A DNA stretch of 64,000 bases. Origin: Candidatus Moraniibacteriota bacterium. Its GTDB lineage: Bacteria; Patescibacteriota; Minisyncoccia; Moranbacterales; UBA1568. Each line of letters opens with the position of its first letter. The stretch's first letter is position 1. The stretch lies in contig JAQTRS010000002.1 of assembly GCA_028711705.1 (NCBI GenBank), positions 137,617 through 201,616 of the forward strand, read 5' to 3'. The translations under genes and the position numbers were made by a program. This document shows, in pieces, positions 30,597 to 41,768 of this stretch. The notes under the pieces were generated by a model. It was not told where the DNA came from, ran no database searches, and saw nothing but the letters and a program-made list of their open reading frames with translations.

Positions 30597-31286
30597 TTAC
30601 TGATCTTGTGAGATTGCCCGAAGAAACTGCTCTGCCAGGGCTAAGTCTTGGGGATTGCCGACCGGCAGCCACCTTCGCGTCACTTTGACTTGTACCGGAT
30701 GCTTCTGACCCATAACAACCAGTGTCTGAGGCAGGCCGTATTCCGTCTCGGATATTTTGACGGGAGGATAGGTGAAAAAATCCGTGCTCAGGACATAGGC
30801 CCCCGTATTGACCAAGCCTTCACCTAATTCGTGCGGACGCTCCACCACACCCGCCAAATGATGCCGCTCATCGACCGTCACCAGACCGAAGGCGGACGCA
30901 TCCTGCGTATGGTACCCGAGCAGTGCAAGCGGATAGTGCATGATCTTTTCGATATCGTCCGGATGATAGAGGTCGTCGCCCATCGTCACCAAAAACCGCT
31001 CGCGGACGATGTCTTTCACGAGATAGATGGCGCCCGCCGTCCCGTTAAGCTCGGTCTGCTCGACATAGGTTATCTTTTTTCCGTTCCACTTTGTGCCGAA
31101 ATAGTCCTGGATAATTTCCTTCTTGTATCCGACAACGAGAATGACTTCCTCAACACCTTCCGGGAGCAGGCGTATCTTATGCGCCAGCAAAGGCAGGCCG
31201 AGCACACAGATCATCGGCTTCGGAGTATTGTTCGTCAATTCGCCCATACGGGTACCGCGCCCGGCGGCCAAAATTACGCACTGCAT
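30597..31286 (-). CDS. Sugar-phosphate nucleotidyltransferase (GlmU N-terminal-like)
   Basis: ILAAGRGTRM...PKPM motif; start placed at ATG 31286. Confidence 0.88.
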   Translation of the reverse strand: MQCVILAAGRGTRMGELTNNTPKPMICVLGLPLLAHKIRLLPEGVEEVILVVGYKKEIIQDYFGTKWNGKKITYVEQTELNGTAGAIYLVKDIVRERFLVTMGDDLYHPDDIEKIMHYPLALLGYHTQDASAFGLVTVDERHHLAGVVERPHELGEGLVNTGAYVLSTDFFTYPPVKISETEYGLPQTLVVMGQKHPVQVKVTRRWLPVGNPQDLALAEQFLRAISQDQ

Positions 31287-31290
31287 AGGC

Positions 31291-34266
31291 TTAGACAACA
31301 ATATTCATCAGTCGATTCGGCACGAAAATCACTTTCCTGATAGTTTTTCCCTGGATATGGAGCGCCACTTTCTCATCCTGCAGTGCAAGCGTTTCAACAT
31401 CCTTCTGCTGTGCGCCGGAAGCGACGGCTATTTTGGCGCGGAGCTTCCCATTGACCTGCACGACGATATCGACCGTTTCATCTTGCAAAAGCTTCGGATC
31501 GAATTTCGGCCACACGCCTTCGGTGATAGATCCGGCGTGACCGAGCCTCTCCCACAGCTCTTCGGCGATATGCGGTGCAAACGGAGATAAGAGGAGCAGG
31601 AAGGTTTCAAAATCATCCTGCGAGATCTTTGCCTGCCTATCCATCTCATTGACGAGTATCATCAGGCTGCTGACAGCCGTATTGAAACGGAACTCCTCGA
31701 TATCCTGCGTGACTTTCTGGATAGTCTTGTGCAACAGCGTGCGCAAAGCATTGTTTTCTGTTCCTTGTTTTCTGTTGATTGCTGACTGTTGACTAACTTT
31801 CTCTCCCATTCTCCACACCTTTTCCAAGAAGCGTCGCGGTCCGACAAGATTGTCCGTCTTCCAGGCTTTGGCATCCTCAAGCGGCCCCATGAACATCTCA
31901 TAAAGCCTTAGAGAATCCGCACCGAATTGCCCGACGACATCATCCGGATTGACGACATTCCCCAAAGACTTGCTCATCTTGCGGCCGTCTTCCGCCAACA
32001 CCATGCCCTGGTGCCTGAGCTTCATGAACGGCTCATCGAAATCAATCAGCCCATACTTTCGGAGCGCTTTGGCAAAGAACCTCGCATAGAGAAGATGCAG
32101 CACCGTATGTTCCGCTCCGCCCATATACACATCCACCGGGAGCCACTTCGCGAGTTTTTCCGGATCTGCAAATGCTTCCGTATTCTTCGGATCAACGAAA
32201 CGCAGATAGTACCAGCTCGAACACACGAACGTATCCATCGTATCGGATTCACGCCTCGCTTTTTCACCGCACTTCGGACACAATACATCATGAAAGCTTT
32301 CCGAACGTGTGAGCGGAGACTCCCCTGTCGGGCGGAAATCCACATCCATCGGTAAACTAACCGGAAGATCCTGCTCCGGCACCGGCTGCTCGCCGCAGGT
32401 ATCGCAGTAGATGATCGGGATCGGCGCACCCCAATAGCGCTGCCGCGATACGAGCCAATCACGCAATCGATAATTCACTTTTTTCTCACCGAGTTTTTTC
32501 TCCTCCAACCATTGTGTTATTTTTTCTCGCGCTGCTTGTGAAGCCAATCCCGAAAATGCTCCGGAATCAGCCAGCACGCCGTCTTCAGCAAAGATCTTCC
32601 CTTGGATGAATTTGTCGAAAAGGTATCGATGCAACGGATCAGCAACCTTGGCGAATGCATCTTCTCTGGTAATCCATTCCACCGTGAACTTATTATGCTC
32701 GTCCGCTTCCAAACGCTGCTCCGCTTTTTCCTTATCCGCCAAACGAAAGTGCAGCCCTGTGGCCTCGATATTCCTGTAGACATTCTTGGAAGCCGCGAAA
32801 TAGTGATGATGGATTTTTTCGGATACCGCCACGAGCTTCACATGCTTGTAGCCAGTCTCCTCTTCGATCTCCCGCACGGCCGCCTGAATCACGTCCTCCT
32901 CTTCTTCCAGTCCCCCGCCGATAAACAGATTGCCGCCGAGTTTCTCCCCCCAATTGATGGAGAGGAATTTCCCGGTTTTCGCATCCTCGACCACCGCCAC
33001 GATACTGCGACGGAATTCCTCATTCTCACGCACCGTCCCCGTGACCGGTTCGATCGATATACGTATCGGAAGATCGTATTTCTTCGCGAAGGCAAAATCG
33101 CGCTCATCATGCGCTGGTACCGCCATCACCGCTCCGGTTCCATAATTACCGAGCACATAGTCCGCCACAAATACCGGGACCGCCTCACCGGTGAATGGAT
33201 TGATAGCCTCGATACCCTCAAGCTTCACGCCCGTCTTATCCTTGGCAAGTTCCGTACGCTCAAGCTCCGTTTTCTTCTTCGTCGCTTCAAGATATTTTTC
33301 GACTTCAGCCTTGTTGCTGATTCCCTGTTGACTGTTATTTGTTAATTGTTGACTGACCAAAGGATGTTCCGGCGCCACCACGACATAGGTGCAACCGAAA
33401 ATAGTATCGACACGCGTCGTGAACACTTCGATATCCTCCTGCCCTTGCTTATCTTCCGTTTTTTGTTGACTGTTAATTGTTGACCCGCCCGCAACGTTTC
33501 GCGTAGCGATTCGGGCAGGCTGTTGACTGATATGAAATCGCACCATCGCCCCCTCGCTCCTTCCGATCCAGTGCTGCTGCGCCTTCTTGGTTGACTCGGG
33601 CCAATCGATTTTTTTAAGACCGGAAATCAGTCCGGAAACATCGCGTCCCTCGAATTGCTGATCCTCGATGAAATCCGTGATCTTGAAAAACCATTGCTTC
33701 AGATCCTTCTGCACCACTTCCGTCTTGCAGCGCTCGCACACGCCATCCACCACCTGCTCATTGGCCAGCACGGTCTGGCACGACGGACACCAATTCACGC
33801 TCGCCTGTTTACGATAGGCCAAACCGTTCTTATACAGAAACAAAAACAGCCACTGCGTCCATTTGTAATATTCGGGGCTCGACGTATCGATTTCGCGCGA
33901 CCAGTCATAGGAAATCCCCAAGCTCTTGATCTGACGGGTGAAGTTGGCGATATTTTCGTGGGTTTTTTGATCGGGGTGCACGCCGGTCTTGATGGCGAAG
34001 TTTTCCGCAGGCAGTCCGAAAGCGTCCCACCCGATCGGATGCAAGACTTCAAAACCCTGCAGGCGCTTGAAGCGCGAATAGATGTCCGTGGCCGTATAAT
34101 TCTCCACATGACCCACGTGCAAACCGTCCCCCGAAGGATACGGGAACATGTCCAACACATAACATTTTTCCTTGCCGGACTGATCCGATGCCTGAAAGTC
34201 GCCCTGCTTCGCCCACCGGTCTTGCCATTTCTTCTCGATAGTTTTAGCGCTGTACTGGCCTGCCAT
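31291..34266 (-). CDS. leuS: Leucine--tRNA ligase with an inserted Nudix domain
   Basis: MFPYPSG-LHVGH (HIGH), GTGAVMAVPAHD and KMSKS motifs; Nudix box GGLEEEEDVIQAAVREIEEETG. Confidence 0.97.
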   Translation of the reverse strand: MAGQYSAKTIEKKWQDRWAKQGDFQASDQSGKEKCYVLDMFPYPSGDGLHVGHVENYTATDIYSRFKRLQGFEVLHPIGWDAFGLPAENFAIKTGVHPDQKTHENIANFTRQIKSLGISYDWSREIDTSSPEYYKWTQWLFLFLYKNGLAYRKQASVNWCPSCQTVLANEQVVDGVCERCKTEVVQKDLKQWFFKITDFIEDQQFEGRDVSGLISGLKKIDWPESTKKAQQHWIGRSEGAMVRFHISQQPARIATRNVAGGSTINSQQKTEDKQGQEDIEVFTTRVDTIFGCTYVVVAPEHPLVSQQLTNNSQQGISNKAEVEKYLEATKKKTELERTELAKDKTGVKLEGIEAINPFTGEAVPVFVADYVLGNYGTGAVMAVPAHDERDFAFAKKYDLPIRISIEPVTGTVRENEEFRRSIVAVVEDAKTGKFLSINWGEKLGGNLFIGGGLEEEEDVIQAAVREIEEETGYKHVKLVAVSEKIHHHYFAASKNVYRNIEATGLHFRLADKEKAEQRLEADEHNKFTVEWITREDAFAKVADPLHRYLFDKFIQGKIFAEDGVLADSGAFSGLASQAAREKITQWLEEKKLGEKKVNYRLRDWLVSRQRYWGAPIPIIYCDTCGEQPVPEQDLPVSLPMDVDFRPTGESPLTRSESFHDVLCPKCGEKARRESDTMDTFVCSSWYYLRFVDPKNTEAFADPEKLAKWLPVDVYMGGAEHTVLHLLYARFFAKALRKYGLIDFDEPFMKLRHQGMVLAEDGRKMSKSLGNVVNPDDVVGQFGADSLRLYEMFMGPLEDAKAWKTDNLVGPRRFLEKVWRMGEKVSQQSAINRKQGTENNALRTLLHKTIQKVTQDIEEFRFNTAVSSLMILVNEMDRQAKISQDDFETFLLLLSPFAPHIAEELWERLGHAGSITEGVWPKFDPKLLQDETVDIVVQVNGKLRAKIAVASGAQQKDVETLALQDEKVALHIQGKTIRKVIFVPNRLMNIVV
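33482..33520. repeat. Palindromic element in frame within leuS (encodes PARIATRNVAGG)
   Basis: Imperfect palindrome cccgcccgcaa...ttcgggcagg; related copy in atpD. Confidence 0.7.
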
Positions 34267-34375
34267 AAGGAAAGTATTAAGAGTATTACCCTTATCATAG
34301 CCTCTTTGGGACTTTTTTTCAAGCAAAACGAAAAGCGGACAAGATGTCCGCTTTCATACCTAATCAACCGTCAGA

Positions 34376-35371
34376 TTATTGCCTGAGCCACTGATGGAGT
34401 TTTTTCACCACCACATACAGGATGCCTCCGAAGATCAGGAGGAAAATTCCCAGGATCGGCACTACCACGATGACGAAGGAGATGAGGAAAGATATCGCTC
34501 CTTGCCCTGCTTTAATGAGCGCGTTCACCGCCGCCTTGATTTCCTGCAGCGGGCGCCAATCCGTGTCGGTCTTGCCGATCTTGGTGTCTTCCGTGAACGA
34601 CACGGCGATGGTCGACATATCCGACTGATTGTCCAGATATTTCATCTGCGCCTGGAGCTGTTCGATTTCGCCGCGAACCCGTGCAAGCTGTGTCGTCACC
34701 TGCAAAACATCGTCTATATTATTGGAGTCCCGCGTCAGGATAGCAGCGATAGATTCTTCCTCCACCTGCTTGTTTTTCAAGCGGGCCTGTAAGTCGACAT
34801 ACTGACTTGTCACGTCCTGACCGTTCGTCGTCTCCCTCACCACGACGCGCGCGATGGATTTGATGCTCTGCATCGCTTCATCAAAATGGGCAGCCGAAAC
34901 CTTTATCGTCGCCTGTCCCTGCTTGATGCTATTGGCCGTCTTGGCATCATAGATCGAGGAAGAAAAGATATCCCCTTCAAATTGCGCAGCGATCCCTCGC
35001 AGCTGATCCATAGCCTTCTCGACGCTCTCCACCTTCAGCGTCAGGTCCCCTGTCTTGACGACTTTCTTTTCTGCCGGAGCGACGTCTTCGGTCTGCGGCA
35101 ATGTTCCGTTATCGGTTGCTCTGCCGATCGAAGGCGCGATTTCGGATCCCGGTAAGCCCATCGGCGAAGGGACACCCATGCCGACCACGCCGCTATTTTT
35201 CTGCACGCGGCTATCCGAAAAATACGGGGCATTTATCCCACCCAGCATCATATTTTGCCTATTGCCAATCACGATGATCGCAACCGCGATAATGAATGCC
35301 ACAACAGCGGCGATAGCGATCCCTCTGGCAACACGCGAAAAACGCTCACGCCCCGAAGACGACATGTCCAT
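34376..35371 (-). CDS. DUF4349-domain membrane protein
   Basis: N- and C-terminal TM, KVVKTGDLTLKV, QDVTSQYVDLQARL and coiled coil. Confidence 0.85.
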   Translation of the reverse strand: MDMSSSGRERFSRVARGIAIAAVVAFIIAVAIIVIGNRQNMMLGGINAPYFSDSRVQKNSGVVGMGVPSPMGLPGSEIAPSIGRATDNGTLPQTEDVAPAEKKVVKTGDLTLKVESVEKAMDQLRGIAAQFEGDIFSSSIYDAKTANSIKQGQATIKVSAAHFDEAMQSIKSIARVVVRETTNGQDVTSQYVDLQARLKNKQVEEESIAAILTRDSNNIDDVLQVTTQLARVRGEIEQLQAQMKYLDNQSDMSTIAVSFTEDTKIGKTDTDWRPLQEIKAAVNALIKAGQGAISFLISFVIVVVPILGIFLLIFGGILYVVVKKLHQWLRQ

Positions 35372-35411
35372 AATGTTATATTAAAAAATAACCCACACTG
35401 TCAGTGTACCA

Positions 35412-35726
35412 CTATTTCACTATGACACAAAAATCATCCTCCAACTTCTGCCGCAGAGCAGCATGGAAATCTTCCATGCTCGCACCGCCATGCAAACTCA
35501 CCACCAGTATCTGCACGGCACCATCGGAACACACTTTGAGCTGACAAGCACCCCCGCCAAGCGTCGCGACGCGTAGCTCCTTTTTATTGCCGCGCCGTCG
35601 CCCATCAATAAAACCTATCGTATATTTTTTGACCAGCGGGCATTGTTCCAAAAACCGCACCACATCCTTGGCGCGAGGGATTAGGCTCGAATGACTGCTC
35701 TTGCTGCGTTTGTATTGTCCTGCCAT
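35412..35726 (-). CDS. DUF2103-like small basic protein
   Basis: SHSSLI motif, IGFI and GAVQ resemble DUF2103 (by recall); SD-like AAGGGA. Confidence 0.6.
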   Translation of the reverse strand: MAGQYKRSKSSHSSLIPRAKDVVRFLEQCPLVKKYTIGFIDGRRRGNKKELRVATLGGGACQLKVCSDGAVQILVVSLHGGASMEDFHAALRQKLEDDFCVIVK

Positions 35727-35794
35727 AGTCCCTTACTTACCGAGCGGCACCCTACAAAAGAGGGTGCCGCCTCGGAACGAATCATACGATATTC

Positions 35795-36247
35795 CTATAC
35801 CTGCACTTCCGGAACCGCCCGGTGCTTCGCATGATGCTTGCGCGCCACCCGGATACGCGTCAATTGTTTTTCAAGCGATGCGGCAATGCGAGCATATTCC
35901 TCACTGTCCAAAAATGTGTCCTGTCGCATCAGTTTTTCTGCCCGCTCTTTCGCTTCCTGTGCCCGCGCGATATCGATGGCATCCGCATACTCCGCCGTAT
36001 CCGCAAGCAAGGTTAAGACATTATCATGGAATTCCACAAAACCGCCCGAGACCGCCAAGGCGATCTCATCGCTCTGTGCCGATTCCTTGCGATACACAAC
36101 TTCACCCGCCTTGAGCGCACCGATATACGAGATATGTTCCGGCAGTATCGTGATTTCGCCATCCTCGATCGGAAGCGTCACTTGATACACTTCTTCTTCC
36201 GAGACTACCTTCTCCGGCGTGATGATTTTGAGTGTGATTTTTTTCAT
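35795..36247 (-). CDS. atpC: ATP synthase F1 epsilon
   Basis: LKIITPEK, GEITILPEH and VSGGFVE motifs. Confidence 0.95.
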   Translation of the reverse strand: MKKITLKIITPEKVVSEEEVYQVTLPIEDGEITILPEHISYIGALKAGEVVYRKESAQSDEIALAVSGGFVEFHDNVLTLLADTAEYADAIDIARAQEAKERAEKLMRQDTFLDSEEYARIAASLEKQLTRIRVARKHHAKHRAVPEVQV

Positions 36248-36264
36248 ACTCGATTCTTGATTCA

Positions 36265-37737
<1,473 letters not shown>

Positions 37738-37789
37738 CTATTGTAACACGGGCTCGCTGAAAGGCGTTTTTTATACACCTTGACAAATC

Positions 37790-37818
37790 GATCCCAAAAG
37801 TGTATGTTATGCAGTCAA
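37790..37818 (+). promoter_or_regulatory. sigma70-like promoter of the inserted cassette
   Basis: TTGACA-17 nt-TATGTT. Confidence 0.6.
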
Positions 37819-37890
37819 TGGATTCAGCATGAAATTATTGACTGTACCGTTATTTAACAACCTTTTATCATCAGACCGCAAGGAGGTCGC

Positions 37891-38277
37891 ATGAAACAAT
37901 ATCTCCGCATCATAACCGCCGGCACACTCGGGCTCACAACAGCATTTGCCGTCATGGTATTGCTATACGCCATGGCAACCGGCATGCATCGTGGGAAATC
38001 CATCCTCGATGCCAGTGAAGAATCCGTTCTTATTTTCATCGGCATCGCGATCATCACGTCTAGCGGTATCGCTGCAATGGTAATACTGGCGTGCCTCAAA
38101 AAAGCGTGGGAAATCGGATCGGCCTTCACCATGATTCTCGCAGTCGCCGCAGGATTGGCGGAAATTTTGAGCGATCAGTTTTTGCTGATACTCATCATGA
38201 TCGTCGTCGTAGCATCGATCGGCCTTTGGTATTCCTACCAAAAAGCCCTTGCCATCCCTGCGAACAAAAACAAGTAA
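37891..38277 (+). CDS. Four-TM hypothetical membrane protein (128 aa)
   Basis: SD AAGGAGGT, four hydrophobic segments. Confidence 0.8.
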   Translation: MKQYLRIITAGTLGLTTAFAVMVLLYAMATGMHRGKSILDASEESVLIFIGIAIITSSGIAAMVILACLKKAWEIGSAFTMILAVAAGLAEILSDQFLLILIMIVVVASIGLWYSYQKALAIPANKNK

Positions 38278-38378
38278 TTCATCCAGCATTTGGGATTCGA
38301 TACCATCCAATCCCAAAGCGCGGGGCAAAATCTCCGCCCTTCGGTCATATCGTAACAAGATACCGAGGGGCGACTTTT
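38278..38378 (+). repeat. Conserved two-hairpin 3' element, copy 1
   Basis: tttgggatt-cgataccatcc-aatcccaaa, then cgcccttcggt...accgaggggcg. Confidence 0.75.
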
Positions 38379-38400
38379 CCAATCAACCGAGGAATCTATC

Positions 38401-38700
38401 ATGTCAACCTACACCACCATGCGTGTTTTCAAAATACTGACTTCGAAGGGGAAGACTTATTTCGCTGAGCAAGAAGGGCTTGAAATCCTGCGCAGCCACA
38501 ATAACTTGGAAAGCGTCGCAAGATCCGTCAAGGAAAAACTTGCTACCGCCACAACCTCTATCGATTTTTGCTTCACGCCGTTTCATGATGCGACCGTCGG
38601 GTGCGACGGCAAAACGCTCTGTCACTACAAACCGCTATCAGAACGTGAGAAAACGATCTTCCTAGATGCTCTCTGCTCCGCCGGTAAACCGGCCGAATAA
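38401..38700 (+). CDS. Hypothetical soluble protein (99 aa)
   Basis: SD GAGGA; followed directly by the conserved 3' element. Confidence 0.7.
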   Translation: MSTYTTMRVFKILTSKGKTYFAEQEGLEILRSHNNLESVARSVKEKLATATTSIDFCFTPFHDATVGCDGKTLCHYKPLSEREKTIFLDALCSAGKPAE

Positions 38701-38811
38701 TTTTCACCCAACATTCGGGATTCGATACCATCCAATCCCGAAGCGTGGGGTGAAGCGCTATCGCCTTTCAATTACTTTTACTTTCACAAAAGCTACTGAG
38801 GGCGATTTTTT
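38701..38811 (+). repeat. Conserved two-hairpin 3' element, copy 2 (terminator-like end)
   Basis: ttcacccaac-a-ttcgggatt-cgataccatcc-aatcccgaa-gc-gtggggtgaa, then tcgcctttca...tgagggcga-tttttt. Confidence 0.75.
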
Positions 38812-38854
38812 AATGTGAAAATTTTCAATTCAAATCGATACTGTTCTTAGTCTC

Positions 38855-38924
38855 ATGACCGTACTATTTTATACGCAACCTTCTTAAGTACTCCAACGGT
38901 TACTTAACAAAATAGTACGGTCAT
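38855..38924. repeat. Inverted-repeat element (16-bp perfect arms)
   Basis: atgaccgtactatttt / aaaatagtacggtcat. Confidence 0.8.
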
Positions 38925-38963
38925 ACTCAGTCTTTTGTGGTAATTGCTTTTAGTCATCCTTTA

Positions 38964-39917
38964 TCATCCGTTTACCGCTGCCATACCAGCGGAAAGCTCG
39001 GCGATTTCCTGCGTCACTTTCGCCTGGCGGAGCTGATTGTACGAAAGCGTGAAATCGGCGACCATATCCTTGGCGGCATCGGTCGCATTACGCATCGCCA
39101 TCATTCTGGCGGCCTCCTGCGACGCATTGGATTCCAAAATGGCGTGATGGATCTGCATCTCGATCAACCGCGGGATAAGCATTTCCAATACCATCTCCGG
39201 TGTCGGCTCTATCTGATACTGCTTGCGAAGTTCCAAAACATCGGGTTGCCTCGGATGAGACTGCTTCGCAGGCGCATACACCGGCTCATGAGTATCCTCC
39301 ATCTCCCCGATTTCGTCCTGCAAAGCGCCTTGCGACAATGGGAGTAAGCGCCGCACATTCGTCTTCTGGACCATCGGCGAGACATAGTCCGTATAGATGA
39401 GCATCACCTTGTCATAGCACCCGCTCTCATATTCCTCCCGCACCAACCGCGCGATAGGACGGACGCCTGCCGCACGCACCTGTGTGAGCGCATCGGGAAA
39501 GGAGGCCTTGATGACACCCTGGCACTGGCGCAGCAGCTGATCGCCTTTCTTACCGATGGAGACGAAATCGATGTACTCCGGCTTCACGCCCCGCTCTCCG
39601 AATCTCGCCACTTCCTGCTTCACCTGACGGATGATCTGCGTATTGAATGAGCCGCACAAGCCGCGATTGGCAGTAATGACCACGAGCAAGACTCTTTTCA
39701 CCTCGCGTGCCCGGAACAATGTATAATCCTCATCCTTCATCGCTTGGGAAACCTTGGCCAGCACCTGAAGCGCACTTTGCGCATACGGACGGATGGCCAC
39801 CACCTGCGCCACGGCCTTGCGCATTTTGACGGCGGAAATCATCTCCATAGCCCGGGTGATCTTGCTCGTGCTCTTGATTCCTTTTATTCGTTGTTTGAGT
39901 TCTTTGGTTGACGGCAT
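38964..39917 (-). CDS. atpG: ATP synthase F1 gamma
   Basis: KITRAMEMISAVKM, NRGLCGSFN and RQAKVTQEIAEL motifs. Confidence 0.97.
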   Translation of the reverse strand: MPSTKELKQRIKGIKSTSKITRAMEMISAVKMRKAVAQVVAIRPYAQSALQVLAKVSQAMKDEDYTLFRAREVKRVLLVVITANRGLCGSFNTQIIRQVKQEVARFGERGVKPEYIDFVSIGKKGDQLLRQCQGVIKASFPDALTQVRAAGVRPIARLVREEYESGCYDKVMLIYTDYVSPMVQKTNVRRLLPLSQGALQDEIGEMEDTHEPVYAPAKQSHPRQPDVLELRKQYQIEPTPEMVLEMLIPRLIEMQIHHAILESNASQEAARMMAMRNATDAAKDMVADFTLSYNQLRQAKVTQEIAELSAGMAAVNG

Positions 39918-40025
39918 AACTATGAGAATTATGAATCAAGAATTTGGAATTAAGCGCTTTGTTCACAAAATCTTTCTTTATAGCAAGCTTGATTCTTTAT
40001 TCTTAATTCCTGATTCCATATATTT

Positions 40026-41522
40026 TTAAAACATTTTCTTAAACTCGGTGATGCTCTGCTGCAAAGTTTCTTCCACCTCCGGGGTCAAAACCTTTTCCTT
40101 GCGGATGGCTTCGATAACCGCCGAGCCTTCCGTTTCCAGATAGACATGGAATTTCTTTTCCCAATCGCCCAAAGCTTCCACTGCCACATCTTCAAGATAC
40201 CCTCGAGTCAAGGCATAGAGTAATGCCACTTCGTGTTCGACAGACAACGGCGCGTACTGCGACTGCTTCAAGACTTCGACGCCTCGCTTACCACGCTCGA
40301 TCTGTTGCTTGGTCTTTTCATCCAAATCCGAGCCGAACTGCGCGAACGCTTCGAGCTCACGGAATTGCGCGAGATCGAGACGGAGCTTGCCAGCCACTTG
40401 TTTCATCGCTTTGATCTGAGCATCACCACCCACGCGCGATACGGAAAGCCCGACATTGAGCGCTGGCCTGATACCCTTGTAAAACAGGTCCGATTCGAGG
40501 TAAATCTGACCGTCGGTGATGGAGATGACATTGGTCGGGATATACGCCGACACGTCACCTGCCTGAGTTTCGATAATCGGGAGCGCGGTCAAAGAACCGC
40601 CGCCGTTTTCGGCATTGAGTTTGGCGCTGCGCTCGAGCAATCGGGAATGCAGATAAAACACATCTCCAGGATACGCTTCGCGTCCCGGTGGGCGTCGCAG
40701 GATGAGCGAGATCTGACGATAGGCCGCGGCATGTTTGGACAGATCATCATAGACCACCAACACGTCCTTACCCCTGTCCATAAAGTACTCGCCCATCGCG
40801 CATCCGGCATACGGAGCGATGAATGACAGTGCAGCCGGATCGGATGCGCCTGCCACGACGATCGTTGTATATTCCATCGCACACTTTTCCTCGAGCTCGG
40901 CAACGATACGCGCGATCTTGGATTCCTTCTGCCCGATAGCGACATAGATGCAGATGACACCCTGCCCCGCCTGATTGAGGATGGTATCGATAGCGATAGC
41001 GGTCTTACCGGTCTGACGATCCCCGATAATAAGCTCGCGCTGTCCGCGTCCGATCGGTATGAGCGCGTCAATCGCCTTGATACCCGTCTGAAGCGGCTGA
41101 TGCACGGACTGCCTGGTGATTACGCCCGGAGCGATTTTTTCCACCGGATACAATGCACTCGTTGCGATGGCGCCCTTGCCATCGATCGGCGAGCCCAGTG
41201 CATTCGTTACGCGTCCAATAACCGCATCTCCCACCGGCACCGACAATATTTTTCCCGTCGCCTTGACGACATCGCCTTCCTTGATCGATCCCATCTGACT
41301 CAAAAGCATAATACCTGCCTGATCCTCCTCAAGGTTGAGCGCCACACCCAAGGATCCATCGGGAAATTCTACCATTTCAGAAGCTTTGACATTCGCAAGT
41401 CCAGAGGCGCGCACGACGCCATCCCCCACTTCCAAAACCGTCCCGATTTCCTCGCGCGTGGTTTCGGAGTGGAATCCTTCAATTTGTTTTTTCAATTCTT
41501 CGATAAGGTGATTATTGGACAT
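40026..41522 (-). CDS. atpA: ATP synthase F1 alpha
   Basis: [17 protein letters not shown] and [13 protein letters not shown] motifs. Confidence 0.98.
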   Translation of the reverse strand: MSNNHLIEELKKQIEGFHSETTREEIGTVLEVGDGVVRASGLANVKASEMVEFPDGSLGVALNLEEDQAGIMLLSQMGSIKEGDVVKATGKILSVPVGDAVIGRVTNALGSPIDGKGAIATSALYPVEKIAPGVITRQSVHQPLQTGIKAIDALIPIGRGQRELIIGDRQTGKTAIAIDTILNQAGQGVICIYVAIGQKESKIARIVAELEEKCAMEYTTIVVAGASDPAALSFIAPYAGCAMGEYFMDRGKDVLVVYDDLSKHAAAYRQISLILRRPPGREAYPGDVFYLHSRLLERSAKLNAENGGGSLTALPIIETQAGDVSAYIPTNVISITDGQIYLESDLFYKGIRPALNVGLSVSRVGGDAQIKAMKQVAGKLRLDLAQFRELEAFAQFGSDLDEKTKQQIERGKRGVEVLKQSQYAPLSVEHEVALLYALTRGYLEDVAVEALGDWEKKFHVYLETEGSAVIEAIRKEKVLTPEVEETLQQSITEFKKMF

Positions 41523-41570
41523 AGATGTAAGTATTAGGAATTAAGAGTTTAGAATCAAGCTTTCTTCTTT

Positions 41571-41654
41571 GTTGTGCTGGACTCGTTTCAGCATCCCCTC
41601 CTTTGTAAAACCGATTATATCTACTCGGGATCCTGAAACAAGTTCAGGATGACA
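41571..41654. repeat. REP-like doublet
   Basis: tgtgctggactcgtttcagcatcc ... ggatcctgaaacaagttcaggatgaca. Confidence 0.65.
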
Positions 41655-41699
41655 GAAACACAATTTTTGCTTTATCTAGGATATTTTTCTCTTCAATTC

Positions 41700-41728
41700 T
41701 TGACAAATGACTGAGTATGGAGTACAAC
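41700..41728 (+). promoter_or_regulatory. sigma70-like promoter, cassette copy
   Basis: TTGACA-aatgactgagtatggag-TACAAC, homologous to 42338. Confidence 0.6.
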
Positions 41729-41768
41729 ACAAATTCGTACAATTTAGATTCCTTTCAAAATCTGAACC

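Noticed and set aside
34252-35726. leuS and the DUF2103-like ORF both begin MAGQY
   Set aside because: Codons differ and upstream sequences are unrelated; probably coincidence
38292-38304. T-loop- or tmRNA-like gggattcgatacc
   Set aside because: No surrounding cloverleaf or tmRNA ends; it is part of the cassette 3' hairpin
38278-38811. Canonical integron attC sites or a CRISPR array
   Set aside because: No RYYYAAC/GTTRRRY ends, no integrase or cas genes, and repeats are separated by whole genes rather than regular spacers
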